NCBI RefSeq assembly: GCF_009914755.1
Contig: NC_060941.1
DNA length: 64,000 nt
Reading direction: 5' to 3' (one strand)
From: the human T2T-CHM13v2.0 reference genome, Homo sapiens
Shown: one piece after another, positions 51,260-64,000 of the stretch
Numbering within the stretch: the first letter of the stretch is position 1
Layout of the letters: every line of letters begins with the position of its first letter
Position numbers and translations under genes: made by a program
The notes under the pieces: generated by a model
Databases searched by the model: none
What the model saw: only the letters and a program-made list of their open reading frames with translations
Told to the model about the DNA's origin: nothing

Positions 51260-53549
51260 AAGTTTCCACAAATCATTGGTTTATTAGAAAGTTCCTTTCC
51301 CTCATTTTACAGCATATATATCTCTATCATATGTGATAAAGTTAAATACAATCTGTTATGCTTGTAAGTAAGGTTTATTTTTATTTTTACTTTTAAAATC
51401 ACTATTCTGGAAGTTAAAGAAAATGCCCCTAGGAAGGCAAAGAGGCAGCCAGAGTATGGCTCAATCTACAAGCTAATGGGAAGCAGCACGAAAATGTTAA
51501 TACTGTATTATTTATTTACATGGGCTGAAAGCAAAGAAAAATGAGTCCCTTCACTTACACAGATGATTTCATTTTTCCAGTGCTAGTTATCCAAGAAGTG
51601 ATGCTTCTGAATCAGATGAGTACTGAACAGGTAGGAGGGTGGGAGGGCAGTCAAGAGTTGTGTTTGCCTGCCACTTTCTTTTCATAAACTTTACTCTTTT
51701 GAGAATTTGCGAAGGCAGGAACAGAGCCTTGGCCCAGGTAAGTATGGTTTTTCTTGTCAAGTGACCAACCAACCAATTCTAGCCACACGAATAGTTAGGA
51801 AAATGCCAAAGTGGGAATTGTTAACCTCATCAAAGGAGATGGGACCTGCAACACAAGCACCTTTGGGTCAGTGTGTTAATTAGGGCTGAGAGCCTGGGTG
51901 AAAGGCAAGAAGAGGGGCAAAAGAGGCTGAGGTGGTAATTCCTCTTGTCAGTGTCATGGGAGAAAAGAAACAAGGAACGTTTACTGTCTAAACTGAGCTG
52001 GGCAGAGGGCATGGAAACTATGAAGCAAAATATCTGTAAATGTGCTCACCTCCCAACAAAAGGAAGACTGTCCCAACTCATCCTCCAGCCTACTTCTACT
52101 TCCGTTTCTACCAACCCAAAAGGCACATTAAAAAAAAAATTGTCAGAGGGGGCTAAGTACTAGGAAGGCAAATGGACTGACTGCCTGGAACAAGGTACCC
52201 AGGGAAACCCAGGAATCCCCCCAGACAATCACCAAATCTCACTGCTTCCAGACAATAAAGCTGTTGAATCCCCTCCTTCTCCTCTGTGGGGTCTACCTGT
52301 TTCTCTGTGTAAAACAGCAAAAGTACATGAGGGAGACTGTTAAAGATGAGCATCCCTCAGAAGCCCCCAGCTGACTGCTGCCCATTAGCTCAAAAATCCC
52401 AATACTGGGGGCACTACATACTGCAAATTACTTAACATTTTGTCCCAGCAAAAAATGTTTTAACATTTTATAGTTCATAACTTCAAAAAATACATAAGTT
52501 TGGTAAAATATACATGCTTAGTCAGTTTTGCATCTAGCAGAAAACAAATATTTTATTTTTTGTTTTCATTTTATAACCTTTAGAGTTTCTTAATTCAACT
52601 AGGGCAAACATATTTACACAAAGCCACCAGAACGAGGATCACTTAAAGAGCTGGATGTAAAAAATATTATTGCAGTATACTACAAATATGGAACCTTTTT
52701 TATATGAGCTACAAAAAGCAGCATTTACGTTTATAGAGTTCAGTGCAATTTTTTACATTAAAAAAATCCTATAAATTAAGAAGGAAACATCAACACAACA
52801 GAAGAAAATATACCCTTCACTTTAGACACATGAGCTCCTCTCTGGGCCATACAGCTTTTATTCATGATAGGATCTTCTTTTCTGGGATATGGAGATGCCT
52901 CTTCTGGGATGAGGGATACCAAGATAACAGTGCCAAATGTGTGGCTCCGTTGATGTGGGAACTGGATGGAATTGCAGCCTGAGTTATATCAGGTTCCAGG
53001 TGAGACGCTTTCCACCTCACCTGGGATAACGTAACGTCACCAAAGATGGTCAAAGATACTACCCCAAAATGGTGGCACTTCCACCACTAGAACAGCTTGG
53101 CCTTCCCTGTGGCGCTGAGAAGGCAAGACCAGATGGGCCCACAGCAAGTGCTCTGGTGACAACCCACTGGCCAGAGGGGAGGAAAATGTTTTAAAATTTA
53201 CAGAAGGGAAGAGCAGAGGAAAAAAGCAGAGGGAGGAGGGGATTATCTAAACTTGACAGTTTGGAGATGTTGCTGCAGAGGGGTGGGTAGCACTTACTGG
53301 TGTTCCCTAGCTTAGAAACACAGAAGAGGGAGGGACAAATTGAGAGGAGGACAGGAAAAAGAAATCCCTGATAGTAAACTGAAAGCAAACTTCAAATCTA
53401 AACCCACCCCTGCAAGCCAAAACTCAATTCTTTGGCTGTCAGACACTGCCCATCCCAGCTTCTACTTGCTGGTATTAATGGCTCAACACCCCCAAGGGAA
53501 CATTTATGGGTCTCCTCCCCTGGCCCTACCTAGGATCCCATCCCCCAAC
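51260..53549 (-). other. GPATCH8: GPATCH8 3'UTR (~2.3 kb, repeat-free) with several AATAAA signals
   Basis: Minus-strand AATAAA at 51280-51285, ~51374-51385, ~52552 and 52857-52862. Confidence 0.75.
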
Positions 53550-57488
<3,939 letters not shown>

Positions 57489-57628
57489 TCATAAACCTTA
57501 TAAAATACTAATCTCTTATATCCTATCATTCATTATAGGTAGGTCTCAAAGACAGTGAGTGGTGGTCATATTCCCTAGCCCTATACTAACAAATGCGACT
57601 TTCTAAGAGGAGGTTAGGCAAAGACTCA

Positions 57629-60464
<2,836 letters not shown>

Positions 60465-60750
60465 TAATAGTGTCATAATTTATTGATTTATTGAGAATCT
60501 TTGATGTGCTAGGCATCCCTTCAAGCATTTCTGAGGTAATAATCACTCCTCACAACAACTGTAAGTTGTTCTTATCTCTATCTTACAGATAAGGAAACTG
60601 AGGCATAGAGAGTTTAGATATAATTTCATTAAGTCACATAAATAGTAAGAAAAATATGGCCTCAAAAATACACAAACTTAATCAGTATATTATACTATAA
60701 TTATATAGATATGCTTTTAGTTTGAAAGAAGGATCTATTAAACATTTTAA

Positions 60751-61175
60751 GGAACTGGAGGACTAATTATTATGTTAAGTAAAGTAACCCAGGAACAGAA
60801 AATCAAACACTGCAGGTTGCCACTCATATGTGGAAGCTTAAAAAAAAAAGTTGATCTCATAGAAGTAAAAAGTAGAACAGAGGATACTAGAAGCTGGGAA
60901 GGGCGGAAGGAGAGATTTGTTACAAAATTACAGCTAACTAGGAAGAGTAAGTTCCAGTGTTCTGTACCACTGTAGGATAACTAGAGTTAACAATACTATA
61001 TAGTTTCAAATAGTTAGAAAGAGGATACCGAATGTTCCTGCACAAAGAAATAATAAATGTTTGAGATGATGGATATGGTAATTACCCTGATCTGATCGCT
61101 ATATATTATATGTATTGAAACATTACTAGGTAACCTATGAATATGTACAGTTGTTATCTGTCAATTAATAAAAAC
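60751..61175 (+). mobile_element. L1M (L1MA-type) 3' end fragment
   Basis: GGAACTGGAGGAC..ATGTTAAGT..CACTCATATGTGGAAGC..ATGTTTGAGATGATGGATATG..TTACCCTGAT..A-rich end. Confidence 0.85.
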
Positions 61176-61189
61176 TGAAGGTTTATAAT

Positions 61190-61785
<596 letters not shown>

Positions 61786-61901
61786 CAAGGTTTTTAATTC
61801 TTAAATCTTAATTTAAATCTTAAATTATAATCTGAAATCTATAATTTAAAATTTTAAGGATTATAATTATCTGTACAACCCTCTGATAAAAAATATCCTC
61901 A

Positions 61902-62129
<228 letters not shown>

Positions 62130-63471
62130 TCATGGTATTAGTGTTGAACACATTATCATATTCTCTTATGGCAATTGAAAACACAATGGCTGATTACTTT
62201 GGGTATAGCACTTGCAGTATCTGCATTTCTAATTAGGACAGCATATCATTTGCTTTATTAGGCAAAATAAAATGATCTCAAATGCAACAAGCAAATTTTA
62301 GAACACTGGGAGGAAAGAAAGGGACTATTTAATCACCTGCTCCTCCAGGATGCAAAACTAGACAAACATAACATGAGATAAATTGTAATAACACAAGCCA
62401 AAGAGAACAGAAAGGGGTTAGGCTAGTACAGAAAATTACCCAGGTGTAAGATCTTGAAAAGCAATGTACAGCTTACATGGGGGGGGGGGGGTTATTTAAA
62501 TTAGAACAAATAGAAAGCATACTTTTATTTCACCATAAAAAGGTGGTTTTTTTTTCTTTCAGCATGAGTAGAGGTTTCCTATAACTATTAAATAAACCCA
62601 AGACAGGTCTTCCAGCGCTAGCATGTTTAGAGCTCACCAGTCTGACCACTTTTATCTGGTCAGCCTGCTGAAAGTAGTATGTGAGGCTTTGCATTCCTTC
62701 ATGGCCCTGAGAGGAATATCCAGGGGATGAGGAGGGAGAGCAGAGATAAGTCAAAGATTTTATTACTTAAAATCCAGGTAACAGAATGGGTCTTTTATTT
62801 TCAGAAGCTACTGTATAATTTTCCTTAAAATAAAACAAAACAAACTACAACCAAAAAAGAACAGTGTTATGACACACTGGTGACAGAACCCAGACATATC
62901 TATCTGCAATGAAGACAGAACTAAAATTATTTTCAAGACATTAGATAATAACAAGAAACAAACAAAACGAAACATATACATTAACCTATGCTTTTACAAC
63001 AGCATTGGGAAAAGGAATTTGACCCAGTATAAAGTGGACATTGCTTTGTAGAAAGGCATGATGTTCAACAGACAGAGGAATTTTCTTACCTAATATTTAT
63101 GAAATGTGTTTTGAATCTTTTTAAATTGGGAGGGGGGAAGGGTAAAAAGACACACACAAAAAAAGATATACAGCTAAAGACACTAGTAGAAAAACTCACT
63201 CTTGTGATCTGGGCTCCCAAATTAGAAGGATTTGCTTTCAATACATCAGCTGAAAATGTCACATCACAAAGAAAAAAAAGTAAAAAATAAAACAAGAGTG
63301 GAAGAGAAAAAAAAAATAAAGCAAGCATTACTACACGAGCTCTCTTAGTGAATCTGTAAACTATTATACTGAACAATCAGGGACAAAGCCATCAACTCTA
63401 AAAGGGCTAGGGAGAAGGGAAGCACCTGTACAACATATATATGTGTACATACACACAGACTGACACAGTAA

Positions 63472-64000
<529 letters not shown>

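Overview
Human genomic DNA, recognisable as chr17q21.31 (GRN-FAM171A2-ITGA2B-GPATCH8). Three complete genes could be reconstructed by hand, exon by exon, with consistent splice phases. GRN (+) has 12 coding exons and encodes 593-aa progranulin. FAM171A2 (-) has 8 exons, encodes 826 aa and lies tail-to-tail with GRN. ITGA2B (-) has 30 exons, encodes 1039-aa integrin alpha-IIb and has two GC-AG introns. The last two coding exons and the 3'UTR of GPATCH8 (-) are also present. Repeats include an RPL7L1 processed pseudogene nested inside a split Alu, a solo LTR12C (ERV9) with a 4-bp TSD, dozens of Alus, MER2/MER3/MER104 DNA-transposon fossils and MIR/L2/L1 fragments. The haplotype carries recognisable common alleles (GRN c.*78T, ITGA2B HPA-3b with linked variants, GPATCH8 Trp1161); rs numbers are recalled, not looked up. 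I found no evidence of a wholly new biological system. The best candidates for under-described biology are: a poison exon plus an in-frame cassette exon in an Alu-free block of the GPATCH8 intron; a strong-Kozak minimal uORF just upstream of the FAM171A2 start; a local duplication of part of FAM171A2 exon 3 into intron 1; and the LTR12C promoter pointing antisense into ITGA2B.
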